From positions 331,700,001-331,764,000 of the forward strand of contig OZ024742.1 of the NCBI GenBank assembly GCA_964016885.1: DNA of 64,000 bases, written 5' to 3'. The DNA is from Eledone cirrhosa (Eukaryota). The first letter of the stretch is position 1; the number at the start of each line of letters is the position of its first letter. The position numbers were made by a program, and so were the translations under genes. The notes below the pieces were generated by a model that worked only from the letters and a program-made list of their open reading frames with translations, had not been told where the DNA came from and searched no databases. Shown here piece by piece: positions 14,768 through 29,750 of the stretch.

Positions 14768-17700
14768 GCAGAAGAGAGGATTTAGTGGCAGTTTGGGTGA
14801 ACACTGAACACTGAATATTGAATATTGAAGGTTATTTTTGGCAGAAGAGAGGATTTAGTGGCAGTTGGGGTGAACACTGAACACTGAATATTGAAGGTTA
14901 TTTTTGGCAGAAGATAGGATTTAGTGGCAGTTGGGGTGAACACTGAACACTGAACACTGAATATTGAAGGTTATATTTGGTAGAAGAGAGGATTTAGTGG
15001 CAGTTTGGGTGAACACTGAACACTGAATATTGAAGGTTATTTTTGCAGAAGAGAGGATTTAGTGGCAGTTGGGGTGAACACTGAACACTGAACACTGAAT
15101 ATTAAAGGTTATTTTTGAAGAAGAGAGGATTTAGTGGCAGTTGGGGTGAACACTGAACACTGAATATTGAATATTGAAGGTTATTTTTGGCAGAAGAGAG
15201 GATTTAGTGGCAGTTGGGGTGAACACTGAACACTGAATATTGAATATTGAAGGTTATTTTTGCAGATGAGATGATTTAGTGGCAGTTGAGGTGAACACTG
15301 AACACTGAACACTGAATATTGAAGGTTATTTTTGCAGAAGAGAGGATTTAGTGGCAGTTGGGGTGAACACTGAACACTGAATATTGAAGGTTATTTTTGA
15401 AGAAGAGAGGATTTAGTGGCAGTTGGGGTGAACACTGAACACTGAATATTGAATATTGAAGGTTATTTTTGCATAAGAGAGGATTTAGTGGCAGTTGGGT
15501 GAACACTGAACACTGAACACTGAATATTGAAGGTTCTATTTGCAGAAGAGAGGATTCAGTGGCAGTTGGGGTGAACACTAAACACTGAATATTGAAGGTT
15601 ATTTTTGGCAGAAGAGAGGATTTAGTGGCAGATGGGGTGAACACTGAACACTGAACACTGAATATTGAAGGTTATTTTTGGCAGAAGAGAGGATTTAGTG
15701 GCAGTTGGGGTGAACACTGAACACTGACTATTGAAGGTTATTTTTGGCAGAAGAGAGGATTTAGTGGCAGTTGGGATGAACACTGAACACTGAATATTGA
15801 AGGTTATTTTTGCAGAAGAGAGGATTTAGTGGCAGTTGGGGTGAACACTGAACACTGAATATTGAATATTGAAGGTTATTTTTGGCAGAAGAGAGGATTT
15901 AGTGGCAGTTGGGGTGAACACTGAACACTGAATATTGAAGGTTATTTTTGCAGAAGAGAGGATTTAGTGGCAGTTGGGGTGAACACTGAACACTGAATAT
16001 TGAATATTGAAGGTAATGTTTGCAGAAGAGAGGATTTAGTGGCAGTTGAGGTGAACACTGAACACTGAACACTGAATATTGAAGGTTATTTTTGCAGAAG
16101 AGAGGATTTAGTGGCAGTTGGGATGAACACTGAACACTGAATATTGAAGGTTATTTTTGCAGAAGAGAGGATTTAGTGGCAGTTGGGGTGAACACTGAAC
16201 ACTTAATATTGAATATTGAAGGTTATTTTTGCATAAGAGAGGATTTAGTGGCAGTTGGGTGAACACTGAACACTGAACACTGAATATTGAAGGTTCTATT
16301 TGCAGAAGAGAGGATTCAGTGGCAGTTGGGGTGAACACTAAACACTGAATATTGAAGGTTATTTTTGGCAGAAGAGAGGATTTAGTGGTAGTTGGGGTGA
16401 ACACTGAACACTGAATATTGAATATTGAAGGTGATTTTTGGCAGAAGAGAGGATTTAGTGGCAGTTGGGGTGAACATTGAACACTGAATATTGAAGGTTA
16501 TTTTTGGCAGAAGAGAGGATTTAGTGGCAGTTTGGGTGAACACTGAACACTGAATATTGAATATTGAAGGTTATTTTGGCAGAAGAGAGGATTTAGTGGC
16601 AGTTGGGGTGAACACTGAACACTGAATATTGAAGGTTATTTTTGGCAGAAGATAGGATTTAGTGGCAGTTGGGGTGAACACTGAACACTGAATATTGAAG
16701 GTTATTTTTGCAGAAGAGAGGATTTAGTGGCAGTTGCGGTGAACACTGAACACTGAACACTGAATATTGAAGGTTATTTTTGGCAGACGAGAGGATTTAG
16801 TGGCAGTTGGGGTGAACACTGAACACTGAATATTGAATATTGAAGGTTATTTTTGGCAGAAGAGAGGATTTAGTGGCAGTTGGGCTGAACACTGTACACT
16901 GAATATTGAATATTGAAGGTTATATTTGCAGAAGAGAGGATTTAGTGGCAGTTGGGTGAACACTGAACACTGAACACTGAATATTGAAGGTTCTTTTTGT
17001 AGAAGAGAGGATTTAGTGGCAGTTGGGGTGAACACTGAACACTGAATATTGAAGGTTATTTTTGGCAGAAGAGAGGATTTAGTGGCAGTTGGGGTGAACA
17101 CTGAACACTGAATATTAAATATTGAAGGTTATTTTTGGCAGAAGAGAGGATTTAGTGGCAGTTGGGGTGAACACTGAACACTGAATATTGAAGGTTATTT
17201 TTGGCAGAAGAGAGGATTTAGTGGCAGTTGGGGTGAACACTGAACACTGAATATTGAATATTGTAGGTTATTTTCGCAGAAGAGAGGATTTAGTGGCAGT
17301 AGGGGTGAACGCTGAACACTGAATTTTGAATATTGAAGTTTATTTTTGCAGAAGAGAGGATTTAGTGGCAGTTGGGGTGAACAATGAACACTGAATATTG
17401 AATATTGAAGGTTATTTTTGCAGAAGAGAGGATTTAGTGGCAGTCGGGGTGAACACTGAACACTGAATATTGAATATTGAAGGTTATTTTTGCAGAAGAG
17501 AGGATTTAGTTGCAGATGGGGTGACCACTGAACACTGAACACTGAATATTGAAGGTTATTTTTGCCAGAAGAGAGGATTTAGTGGCAGTTGGGGTGAACA
17601 CTGAACACTGACTATTGAAGGTTATTTTTGGCAGAAGAGATGATTTAGTTGCAGTTGGGATGAACATTGAACACTGAATATTGAAGGTTATTTTTGCAGA

Positions 17701-20700
17701 AGAGAGGATTTAGTGGCAGTTGGCGTGAACACTGAACACTGAATATTGAATATTGAAGGTTATTTTTGCAGAAGAGGGGATTTAGTGGCAGATGGGGTGA
17801 ACACTTAACACTGAACACTGAATATTGAAGGTTATTTTTGGCAGAAGAGAGGATTTAGTGGCAGTTGGGGTGAACACTGAACACTGACTATTGAAGGTTA
17901 TTTTTGGCAGAAGAGATGATTTAGTTGCAGTTGGGATGAACACTGAACACTGAATATTGAAGGTTATTTTTGCAGAAGAGAGGATTTAGTGGCAGTTGGG
18001 GTGAACACTGAACACTGAATATTGAATATTGAAGGTTATTTTTGGCAGAAGAGAGGATTTAGTGGCAGTTGGGGTGAACACTGAACACTGAATATTGAAG
18101 GTTATTTTTGCAGAAGAGAGGATTTAGTGGCAGTTGGGGTGAACACTGAACACTGAATATTGAATATTGAAGGTTATTTTTGCAGAAGAGAGGATTTAGT
18201 GGCAGTTGGGTGAACACTGATCACTGAACACTGAATATTGAAGGTTCTATTTGCAGAAGAGAGGATTCAGTGGCAGTTGGGGTGAACACTAAACACTGAA
18301 TATTGAAGGTTATTTTTGGCAGAAGAGAGGATTTAGTGGCAGTTGGGGTGAACACTGAACACTGAATATTGAATATTGAAGGTGATTTTTGGCAGAAGAG
18401 AGGATTTAGTGGCAGTTGGGGTGAACATTGAACACTGAATATTGAAGGTTATTTTTGGCAGAAGAGAGGATTTAGTGGCAGTTTGGGTGAACACTGAACA
18501 CTGAATATTGAATATTGAAGGTTATTTTTGGCAGAAGAGAGGATTTAGTGGCAGTTGGGGTGAACACTGAACACTGAATATTGAAGGTTATTTTTGGCAG
18601 AAGATAGGATTTAGTGGCAGTTGGGGTGAACACTGAACACTGAACACTGAATATTGAAGGTTATATTTGGTAGAAGAGAGGATTTAGTGGCAGTTGGGGT
18701 GAACACTGAACACTGAATATTGAAGGTTATTTTTGCAGAAGAGAGGATTTAGTGGCAGTTGGGGTGAACACTGAACACTGAACACTGAATATTGAAGGTT
18801 ATTTTTGAAGAAGAGAGGATTTAGTGGCAGTTGGCGTGAACACTGAACACTGAATATTGAATATTGAAGGTTATTTTTGGCAGAAGAGAGGATTTAGTGG
18901 CAGTTGGGTGAACACTGAACACTGAACACTGAATATTGAAGGTTCTATTTGCAGAAGAGAGGATTCAGTGGCAGTTGGGGTGAACACTAAACACTGAATA
19001 TTGAAGGTTATTTTTGGCAGAAGAGAGGATTTATTGGCAGTTGGGGTCAACACTGAACACTGAATATTAAATATTGAAGGTGATTTTTGGCAGAAGAGAG
19101 GATTTAGTGGCAGTTGGGGTGAACATTGAACACTGAATATTGAAGGTTATTTTTGGCAGAAGAGAGGATTTAGTGGCAGTTTGGGTGAACACTGAACACT
19201 GAATATTGAATATTGAAGGTTATTTTTGGCAGAAGAGAGGATTTAGTGGCAGTTGGGGTGAACACTGAACACTGAATATTGAAGGTTATTTTTGGCAGAA
19301 GATAGGATTTAGTGGAAGTTGGGGTGAACACTGAACACTGAACACTGAATATTGAAGGTTATATTTGGTAGAAGAGAGGATTTAGTGGCAGTTGGGGTGA
19401 ACACTGAACACTGAATATTGAAGGTTATTTTTGCAGAAGAGAGGATTTAGTGGCAGTTGGGGTGAACACTGAACACTGAACACTGAATATTGAAGGTTAT
19501 TTTTGAAGAAGAGAGGATTTAGTGGCAGTTGGGGTGAACACTGAACACTGAATATTGAATATTGAAGGTTATTTTTGGCAGAAGAGAGGATTTAGTGGCA
19601 GTTGGGGTGAACACTGAACACTGAATATTGAAGGTTATTTTTGCAGAAGAGAGGATTTAGTGGCAGTTGGGGTGAACACTGAACACTGAATATTGAAGGT
19701 TATTTTTGCAGAAGAGAGGATTTAGTGGCAGTTGGGGTGAACACTGAACACTGAATATTGAATATTGAAGGTTATTTTTGGCAGAAGAGAGGATTTAGTG
19801 GCAGTTGGGGTGAACATTGAACACTGAATTTTGAATATTGAAGTTTATTTTGCAGAAGAGAGGATTTAGTGGCAGTTGGGGTGAACACTGAACACTGAAT
19901 ATTGAAGGTTATTTTTGCAGAAGAGAGGATTTAGTGGCAGTTGGGGTGAACACTGAACACTGAATATTGAATATTGAAGGTTATTTTTGCAGAAGAGAGG
20001 ATTTAGTGGCAGTTGAGGTGAACACTGAACACTGAACACTGAATATTGAAGGTTATTTTTGCAGAAGAGAGGATTTAGTGGCAGTTGGGGTGAACACTGA
20101 ACACTGAATATTGAAGGTTATTTTTGCAGAAGAGAGGATTTAGTGGCAGTTGGGGTGAACACTGAACACTGAATATTGAATATTGAAGGTTATTATTGCA
20201 TAAGAGAGGATTTAGTGGCAGTTGGGTGAACACCGAACACTGAACACTGAATATTGAAGGTTCTATTTGCAGAAGAGAGGATTCAGTGGCAGTTGGGGTG
20301 AACACTAAACACTGAATATTGAAGGTTATTTTTGGCAGAAGAGAGGATTTATTGGCAGTTGGGGTGAACACTGAACACTGAATATTAAATATTGAAGGTG
20401 ATTTTTGGCAGAAGAGAGGATTTAGTGGCAGTTGGGGTGAACATTGAACACTGAATATTGAAGGTTATTTTTGGCAGAAGAGAGGATTTAGTGGCAGTTT
20501 GGGTGAACACTGAACACTGAATATTGAATATTGAAGGTTATTTTTGGCAGAAGAGAGGATTTAGTGGCAGTTGGGGTGAACACTGAACACTGAATATTGA
20601 AGGTTATTTTTGGCAGAAGATAGGATTTAGTGGCAGTTGGGGTGAACACTGAACACTGAACACTGAATATTGAAGGTTATATTTGGTAGAAGAGAGGATT

Positions 20701-23700
20701 TAGTGGCAGTTGGGGTGAACACTGAACACTGAATATTGAAGGTTATTTTTGCAGAAGAGAGGATTTAGTGGCAGTTGGGGTGAACACTGAACACTGAACA
20801 CTGAATATTAAAGGTTATTTTTGAAGAAGAGAGGATTTAGTGGCAGTTGGGGTGAACACTGAACACTGAATATTGAATATTGAAGGTTATTTTTGGCAGA
20901 AGAGAGGATTTAGTGGCAGTTGGGGTGAACACTGAACACTGAATATTGAATATTGAAGGTTATTTTTGCAGATGAGATGATTTAGTGGCAGTTGAGGTGA
21001 ACACTGAACACTGAACACTGAATATTGAAGGTTATTTTTGCAGAAGAGAGGATTTAGTGGCAGTTGGGGTGAACACTGAACACTGAATATTGAAGGTTAT
21101 TTTTGAAGAAGAGAGGATTTAGTGGCAGTTGGGGTGAACACTGAACACTGAATATTGAATATTGAAGGTTATTTTTGCATAAGAGAGGATTTAGTGGCAG
21201 TTGGGTGAACACTGAACACTGAACACTGAATATTGAAGGTTCTATTTGCAGAAGAGAGGATTCAGTGGCAGTTGGGGTGAACACTAAACACTGAATATTG
21301 AAGGTTATTTTTGGCAGAAGAGAGGATTTAGTGGCAGATGGGGTGAACACTGAACACTGAACACTGAATATTGAAGGTTATTTTTGGCAGAAGAGAGGAT
21401 TTAGTGGCAGTTGGGGTGAACACTGAACACTGACTATTGAAGGTTATTTTTGGCAGAAGAGAGGATTTAGTGGCAGTTGGGATGAACACTGAACACTGAA
21501 TATTGAAGGTTATTTTTGCAGAAGAGAGGATTTAGTGGCAGTTGGGGTGAACACTGAACACTGAATATTGAATATTGAAGGTTATTTTTGGCAGAAGAGA
21601 GGATTTAGTGGCAGTTGGGGTGAACACTGAACACTGAATATTGAAGGTTATTTTTGCAGAAGAGAGGATTTAGTGGCAGTTGGGGTGAACACTGAACACT
21701 GAATATTGAATATTGAAGGTAATTTTTGCAGAAGAGAGGATTTAGTGGCAGTTGAGGTGAACACTGAACACTGAACACTGAATATTGAAGGTTATTTTTG
21801 CAGAAGAGAGGATTTAGTGGCAGTTGGGATGAACACTGAACACTGAATATTGAAGGTTATTTTTGCAGAAGAGAGGATTTAGTGGCAGTTGGGGTGAACA
21901 CTGAACACTTAATATTGAATATTGAAGGTTATTTTTGCATAAGAGAGGATTTAGTGGCAGTTGGGTGAACACTGAACACTGAACACTGAATATTGAAGGT
22001 TCTATTTGCAGAAGAGAGGATTCAGTGGCAGTTGGGGTGAACACTAAACACTGAATATTGAAGGTTATTTTTGGCAGAAGAGAGGATTTAGTGGTAGTTG
22101 GGGTGAACACTGAACACTGAATATTGAATATTGAAGGTGATTTTTGGCAGAAGAGAGGATTTAGTGGCAGTTGGGGTGAACATTGAATACTGAATATTGA
22201 AGGTTATTTTTGGCAGAAGAGAGGATTTAGTGGCAGTTTGGGTGAACACTGAACACTGAATATTGAATATTGAAGGTTATTTTGGCAGAAGAGAGGATTT
22301 AGTGGCAGTTGGGGTGAACACTGAACACTGAATATTGAAGGTTATTTTTGGCAGAAGATAGGATTTAGTGGCAGTTGGGGTGAACACTGAACACTGAATA
22401 TTGAAGGTTATTTTTGCAGAAGAGAGGATTTAGTGGCAGTTGCGGTGAACACTGAACACTGAACACTGAATATTGAAGGTTATTTTTGGCAGACGAGAGG
22501 ATTTAGTGGCAGTTGGGGTGAACACTGAACACTGAATATTGAATATTGAAGGTTATTTTTGGCAGAAGAGAGGATTTAGTGGCAGTTGGGCTGAACACTG
22601 TACACTGAATATTGAATATTGAAGGTTATATTTGCAGAAGAGAGGATTTAGTGGCAGTTGGGTGAACACTGAACACTGAACACTGAATATTGAAGGTTCT
22701 TTTTGTAGAAGAGAGGATTTAGTGGCAGTTGGGGTGAACACTGAACACTGAATATTGAAGGTTATTTTTGGCAGAAGAGAGGATTTAGTGGCAGTTGGGG
22801 TGAACACTGAACACTGAATATTAAATATTGAAGGTTATTTTTGGCAGAAGAGAGGATTTAGTGGCAGTTGGGGTGAACACTGAACACTGAATATTGAAGG
22901 TTATTTTTGGCAGAAGAGAGGATTTAGTGGCAGTTGGGGTGAACACTGAACACTGAATATTGAATATTGTAGGTTATTTTCGCAGAAGAGAGGATTTAGT
23001 GGCAGTAGGGGTGAACGCTGAACACTGAATTTTGAATATTGAAGTTTATTTTTGCAGAAGAGAGGATTTAGTGGCAGTTGGGGTGAACAATGAACACTGA
23101 ATATTGAATATTGAAGGTTATTTTTGCAGAAGAGAGGATTTAGTGGCAGTCGGGGTGAACACTGAACACTGAATATTGAATATTGAAGGTTATTTTTGCA
23201 GAAGAGAGGATTTAGTGGCAGATGGGGTGACCACTGAACACTGAACAATGAATATTGAAGGTTATTTTTGCCAGAAGAGAGGATTTAGTGGCAGTTGGGG
23301 TGAACACTGAACACTGACTATTGAAGGTTATTTTTGGCAGAAGAGATGATTTAGTTGCAGTTGGGATGAACATTGAACACTGAATATTGAAGGTTATTTT
23401 TGCAGAAGAGAGGATTTAGTGGCAGTTGGCGTGAACACTGAACACTGAATATTGAATATTGAAGGTTATTTTTGCAGAAGAGGGGATTTAGTGGCAGATG
23501 GGGTGAACACTTAACACTGAACACTGAATATTGAAGGTTATTTTTGGCAGAAGAGAGGATTTAGTGGCAGTTGGGGTGAACACTGAACACTGACTATTGA
23601 AGGTTATTTTTGGCAGAAGAGATGATTTAGTTGCAGTTGGGATGAACACTGAACACTGAATATTGAAGGTTATTTTTGCAGAAGAGAGGATTTAGTGGCA

Positions 23701-24614
23701 GTTGGGGTGAACACTGAACACTGAATATTGAATATTGAAGGTTATTTTTGGCAGAAGAGAGGATTTAGTGGCAGTTGGGGTGAACACTGAACACTGAATA
23801 TTGAAGGTTATTTTTGCAGAAGAGAGGATTTAGTGGCAGTTGGGGTGAACACTGAACACTGAATATTGAATATTGAAGGTTATTTTTGCAGAAGAGAGGA
23901 TTTAGTGGCAGTTGGGTGAACACTGATCACTGAACACTGAATATTGAAGGTTCTATTTGCAGAAGAGAGGATTCAGTGGCATTTGGGGTGAACACTAAAC
24001 ACTGAATATTGAAGGTTATTTTTGGCAGAAGAGAGGATTTAGTGGCAGTTGGGGTGAACACTGAACACTGAATATTGAATATTGAAGGTGATTTTTGGCA
24101 GAAGAGAGGATTTAGTGGCAGTTGGGGTGAACATTGAACACTGAATATTGAAGGTTATTTTTGGCAGAAGAGAGGATTTAGTGGCAGTTTGGGTGAACAC
24201 TGAACACTGAATATTGAATATTGAAGGTTATTTTTGGCAGAAGAGAGGATTTAGTGGCAGTTGGGGTGAACACTGAACACTGAATATTGAAGGTTATTTT
24301 TGGCAGAAGATAGGATTTAGTGGCAGTTGGGGTGAACACTGAACACTGAACACTGAATATTGAAGGTTATATTTGGTAGAAGAGAGGATTTAGTGGCAGT
24401 TGGGGTGAACACTGAACACTGAATATTGAAGGTTATTTTTGCAGAAGAGAGGATTTAGTGGCAGTTGGGGTGAACACTGAACACTGAACACTGAATATTG
24501 AAGGTTATTTTTGAAGAAGAGAGGATTTAGTGGCAGTTGGCGTGAACACTGAACACTGAATATTGAATATTGAAGGTTATTTTTGGCAGAAGAGAGGATT
24601 TAGTGGCAGTTGGG
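13178..24614. repeat. Tandem duplication of a 5706-bp unit (13178-18883 / 18884-~24600)
   Basis: Five ORF pairs at exactly +5706 (14369/20075, 15348/21054, 16108/21814, 16847/22553, 17195/22901). Shared GCAGATGAGATGA, GCAGTCGGGG and GGTGACCAC variants, with only a handful of differences seen. Confidence 0.92.
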
Positions 24615-27600
24615 GTGAACACTGAACACTGAATATTGAAGGTTATTTTTGCAGAAGAGAGGATTTAGTGGCAGTTGGGGTGAACACTGAACACTGAATA
24701 TTGAAGGTTATTTTTGCAGAAGAGAGGATTTAGTGGCAGTTGGGGTGAACACTGAACACTGAATATTGAATATTGAAGGTTATTTTTGGCAGAAGAGAGG
24801 ATTTAGTGGCAGTTGGGGTGAACATTGAACACTGAATTTTGAATATTGAAGTTTATTTTGCAGAAGAGAGGATTTAGTGGCAGTTGGGGTGAACACTGAA
24901 CACTGAATATTGAAGGTTATTTTTGCAGAAGAGAGGATTTAGTGGCAGTTGGGGTGAACACTGAACACTGAATATTGAATATTGAAGGTTATTTTTGCAG
25001 AAGTTAGGATTTAGTGGCAGTTGAGGTGAACACTGAACACTGAACACTGAATATTGAAGGTTATTTTTGCAGAAGAGAGGATTTAGTGGCAGTTGGGGTG
25101 AACACTGAACACTGAATATTGAAGGTTATTTTTGCAGAAGAGAGGATTTAGTGGCAGTTGGGGTGAACACTGAACACTGAATATTGAATATTGAAGGTTA
25201 TTTTTGCATAAGAGAGGATTTAGTGGGAGTTGGGTGAACACTGAACACTGAGCACTGAATATTGAAGGTTCTATTTGCAGAAGAGAGGATTCAGTGGCAG
25301 TTGGGGTGAACACTAAACACTGAATATTGAAGGTTATTTTTGGCAGAAGAGAGGATTTATTGTCAGTTGGGGTGAACACTGAACACTGAATATTAAATAT
25401 TGAAGGTGATTTTTGGCAGAAGAGAGGATTTAGTGGCAGTTGGGGTGAACATTGAACACTGAATATTGAAGGTTATTTTTGGCAGAAGAGAGGATTTAGT
25501 GGCAGTTTGGGTGAACACTGAACACTGAATATTGAATATTGAAGGTTATTTTTGGCAGAAGAGAGGATTTAGTGGCAGTTGGGGTGAACACTGAACACTG
25601 AATATTGAAGGTTATTTTTGGCAGAAGATAGGATTTAGTGGCAGTTGGGGTGAACACTGAACACTGAACACTGAATATTGAAGGTTATATTTGGTAGAAG
25701 AGAGGATTTAGTGGCAGTTGGGGTGAACACTGAACACTGAACATTGAAGGTTATTTTTGGCAGAAGAGAGGATTTAGTGGCAGTTGGGGTGAACACTGAA
25801 CACTGAATATTGAATATTGTAGGTTATTTTCGCAGAAGAGAGGATTTAGTGGCAGTAGGGGTGAACGCTGAACACTGAATTTTGAATATTGAAGTTTATT
25901 TTTGCAGAAGAGAGGATTTAGTGGCAGTTGGGGTGAACACTGAACACTGAATATTGAATATTGAAGGTTATTTTTGCAGAAGAGAGGATTTAGTGGCAGT
26001 TGGGGTGAACACTGAACACTGAATATTGAATATTGAAGGTTATTTTTGCAGAAGAGAGGATTTAGTGGCAGATGGGGTGACCACTGAACACTGAACACTG
26101 AATATTGAAGGTTATTTTTGCCAGAAGAGAGGATTTAGTGGCAGTTGGGGTGAACACTGAACCCTGACTATTGAAGGTTATTTTTGGCAGAAGAGATGAT
26201 TTAGTTGCAGTTGGGATGAACATTGAACACTGAATATTGAAGGTTATTTTTGCAGAAGAGAGGATTTAGTGGCAGTTGGCGTGACCACTGAACACTGAAT
26301 ATTGAATATTGAAGGTTATTTTTGCAGAAGAGGGGATTTAGTGGCAGATGGGGTGAACACTTAACACTGAACACTGAATATTGAAGGTTATTTTTGGCAG
26401 AAGAGAGGATTTAGTGGCAGTTGGGGTGAACACTGAACACTGACTATTGAAGGTTATTTTTGGCAGAAGAGATGATTTAGTTGCAGTTGGGATGAACACT
26501 GAACACTGAATATTGAAGGTTATTTTTGCAGAAGAGAGGATTTAGTGGCAGTTGGGGTGAACACTGAACACTGAATATTGAATATTGAAGGTTATTTTTG
26601 GCAGAAGAGAGGATTTAGTGGCAGTTGGGGTGAACACTGAACACTGAATATTGAAGGTTATTTTTGCAGAAGAGAGGATTTAGTGGCAGTTGGGGTGAAC
26701 ACTGAACACTGAATATTGAATATTGAAGGTTATTTTTGCAGAAGAGAGGATTTAGTGGCAGTTGGGTGAACACTGATCACTGAACACTGAATATTGAAGG
26801 TTCTATTTGCAGAAGAGAGGATTCAGTGGCAGTTGGGGTGAACACTAAACACTGAATATTGAAGGTTATTTTTGGCAGAAGAGAGGATTTAGTGGCAGTT
26901 GGGGTGAACACTGAACACTGAATATTGAATATTGAAGGTGATTTTTGGCAGAAGAGAGGATTTAGTGGCAGTTGGGGTGAACATTGAACACTGAATATTG
27001 AAGGTTATTTTTGGCAGAAGAGAGGATTTAGTGGCAGTTTGGGTGAACACTGAACACTGAATATTGAATATTGAAGGTTATTTTTGGCAGAAGAGAGGAT
27101 TTAGTGGCAGTTGGGGTGAACACTGAACACTGAATATTGAAGGTTATTTTTGGCAGAAGATAGGATTTAGTGGCAGTTGGGGTGAACACTGAACACTGAA
27201 CACTGAATATTGAAGGTTATATTTGGTAGAAGAGAGGATTTAGTGGCAGTTGGGGTGAACACTGAACACTGAATATTGAAGGTTATTTTTGCAGAAGAGA
27301 GGATTTAGTGGCAGTTGGGGTGACCACTGAACACTGAACACTGAATATTGAAGGTTATTTTTGAAGAAGAGAGGATTTAGTGGCAGTTGGCGTGAACACT
27401 GAACACTGAATATTGAATATTGAAGGTTATTTTTGGCAGAAGAGAGGATTTAGTGGCAGTTGGGGTGAACACTGAACACTGAATATTGAAGGTTATTTTT
27501 GCAGAAGAGAGGATTTAGTGGCAGTTGGGGTGAACACTGAACACTGAATATTGAAGGTTATTTTTGCAGAAGAGAGGATTTAGTGGCAGTTGGGGTGAAC

Positions 27601-28600
27601 ACTGAACACTGAATATTGAATATTGAAGGTTATTTTTGGCAGAAGAGAGGATTTAGTGGCAGTTGGGGTGAACATTGAACACTGAATTTTGAATATTGAA
27701 GTTTATTTTGCAGAAGAGAGGATTTAGTGGCAGTTGGGGTGAACACTGAACACTGAATATTGAAGGTTATTTTTGCAGAAGAGAGGATTTAGTGGCAGTT
27801 GGGGTGAACACTGAACACTGAATATTGAATATTGAAGGTTATTTTTGCAGAAGAGAGGATTTAGTGGCAGTTGAGGTGAACACTGAACACTGAACACTGA
27901 ATATTGAAGGTTATTTTTGCAGAAGAGAGGATTTAGTGGCAGTTGGGGTGAACACTGAACACTGAATATTGAAGGTTATTTTTGCAGAAGAGAGGATTTA
28001 GTGGCAGTTGGGGTGAACACTGAACACTGAATATTGAATATTGAAGGTTATTTTTGCATAAGAGAGGATTTAGTGGCAGTTGGGTGAACACTGAACACTG
28101 AACACTGAATATTGAAGGTTCTATTTGCAGAAGAGAGGATTCAGTGGCAGTTGGGGTGAACACTAAACACTGAATATTGAAGGTTATTTTTGGCAGAAGA
28201 GAGGATTTATTGTCAGTTGGGGTGAACACTGAACACTGAATATTAAATATTGAAGGTGATTTTTGGCAGAAGAGAGGATTTAGTGGCAGTTGGGGTGAAC
28301 ATTGAACACTGAATATTGAAGGTTATTTTTGGCAGAAGAGAGGATTTAGTGGCAGTTTGGGTGAACACTGAACACTGAATATTGAATATTGAAGGTTATT
28401 TTTGGCAGAAGAGAGGATTTAGTGGCAGTTGGGGTGAACACTGAACACTGAATATTGAAGGTTATTTTTGGCAGAAGATAGGATTTAGTGGCAGTTGGGG
28501 TGAACACTGAACACTGAACACTGAATATTGAAGGTTATATTTGGTAGAAGAGAGGATTTAGTGGCAGTTGGGGTGAACACTGAACACTGAATATTGAAGG
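22850..28600. repeat. Tandem duplication of a 2850-bp unit (junction near 25700-25745)
   Basis: ORF pairs 22901/25751 and 25083/27933. Private TTTATTGTCAG variant at ~25356/28206. Confidence 0.9.
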
Positions 28601-29750
28601 TTATTTTTGCAGAAGAGAGGATTTAGTGGCAGTTGGGGTGAACACTGAACACTGAACACTGAATATTGAAGGTTATTTTTGAAGAAGAGAGGATTTAGTG
28701 GCAGTTGGGGTGAACACTGAACACTGAATATTGAATATTGAAGGTTATTTTTGGCAGAAGAGAGGATTTAGTGGCAGTTGGGGTGAACACTGAACACTGA
28801 ATATTGAATATTGAAGGTTATTTTTGCAGAAGAGAGGATTTAGTGGCAGTTGAGGTGAACACTGAACACTGAACACTGAATATTGAAGGTTATTTTTGCA
28901 GAAGAGAGGATTTAGTGGCAGTTGGGGTGAACACTGAACACTGAATATTGAAGGTTATTTTTGCAGAAGAGAGGATTTAGTGGCAGTTGGGGTGAACACT
29001 GAACACTGAATATTGAATATTGAAGGTTATTTTTGCATAAGAGAGGATTTAGTGGCAGTTGGGTGAACACTGAACACTGAACACTGAATATTGAAGGTTC
29101 TATTTGCAGAAGAGAGGATTCAGTGGCAGTTGGGGTGAACACTAAACACTGAATATTGAAGGTTATTTTTGGCAGAAGAGAGGATTTATTGGCAGTTGGG
29201 GTGAACACTGAACACTGAATATTAAATATTGAAGGTGATTTTTGGCAGAAGAGAGGATTTAGTGGCAGTTGGGGTGAACATTGAACACTGAATATTGAAG
29301 GTTATTTTTGGCAGAAGAGAGGATTTAGTGGCAGTTTGGGTGAACACTGAACACTGAATATTGAATATTGAAGGTTATTTTGGCAGAAGAGAGGATTTAG
29401 TGGCAGTTGGGGTGAACACTGAACACTGAATATTGAAGGTTATTTTTGGCAGAAGATAGGATTTAGTGGCAGTTGGGGTGAACACTGAACACTGAACACT
29501 GAATATTGAAGGTTATATTTGGAAGAAGAGAGGATTTAGTGGCAGTTGGGGTGAACACTGAACACTGAATATTGAAGGTTATTGTTGCAGAAGAGAGGAT
29601 TTAGTGGCAGTTGGGGTGAACACTGAACACTGAACACTGAATATTGAAGGTTATTTTTGAAGAAGAGAGGATTTAGTGGCAGTTGGGGTGAACACTGAAC
29701 ACTGAATATTGAATATTGAAGGTTATTTTTGGCAGAAGAGAGGATTTAGT
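27750..29750. repeat. 979-bp (14-monomer) higher-order repeat, about two copies
   Basis: Between GGTTCTAT at 28117 and 29096 I count monomers of 65,73,66,73,66,73,66,72,72,73,72,65,72,71 bp, which sum to 979. The same spacing occurs at 14553/15532 and 20259/21238. Confidence 0.85.
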
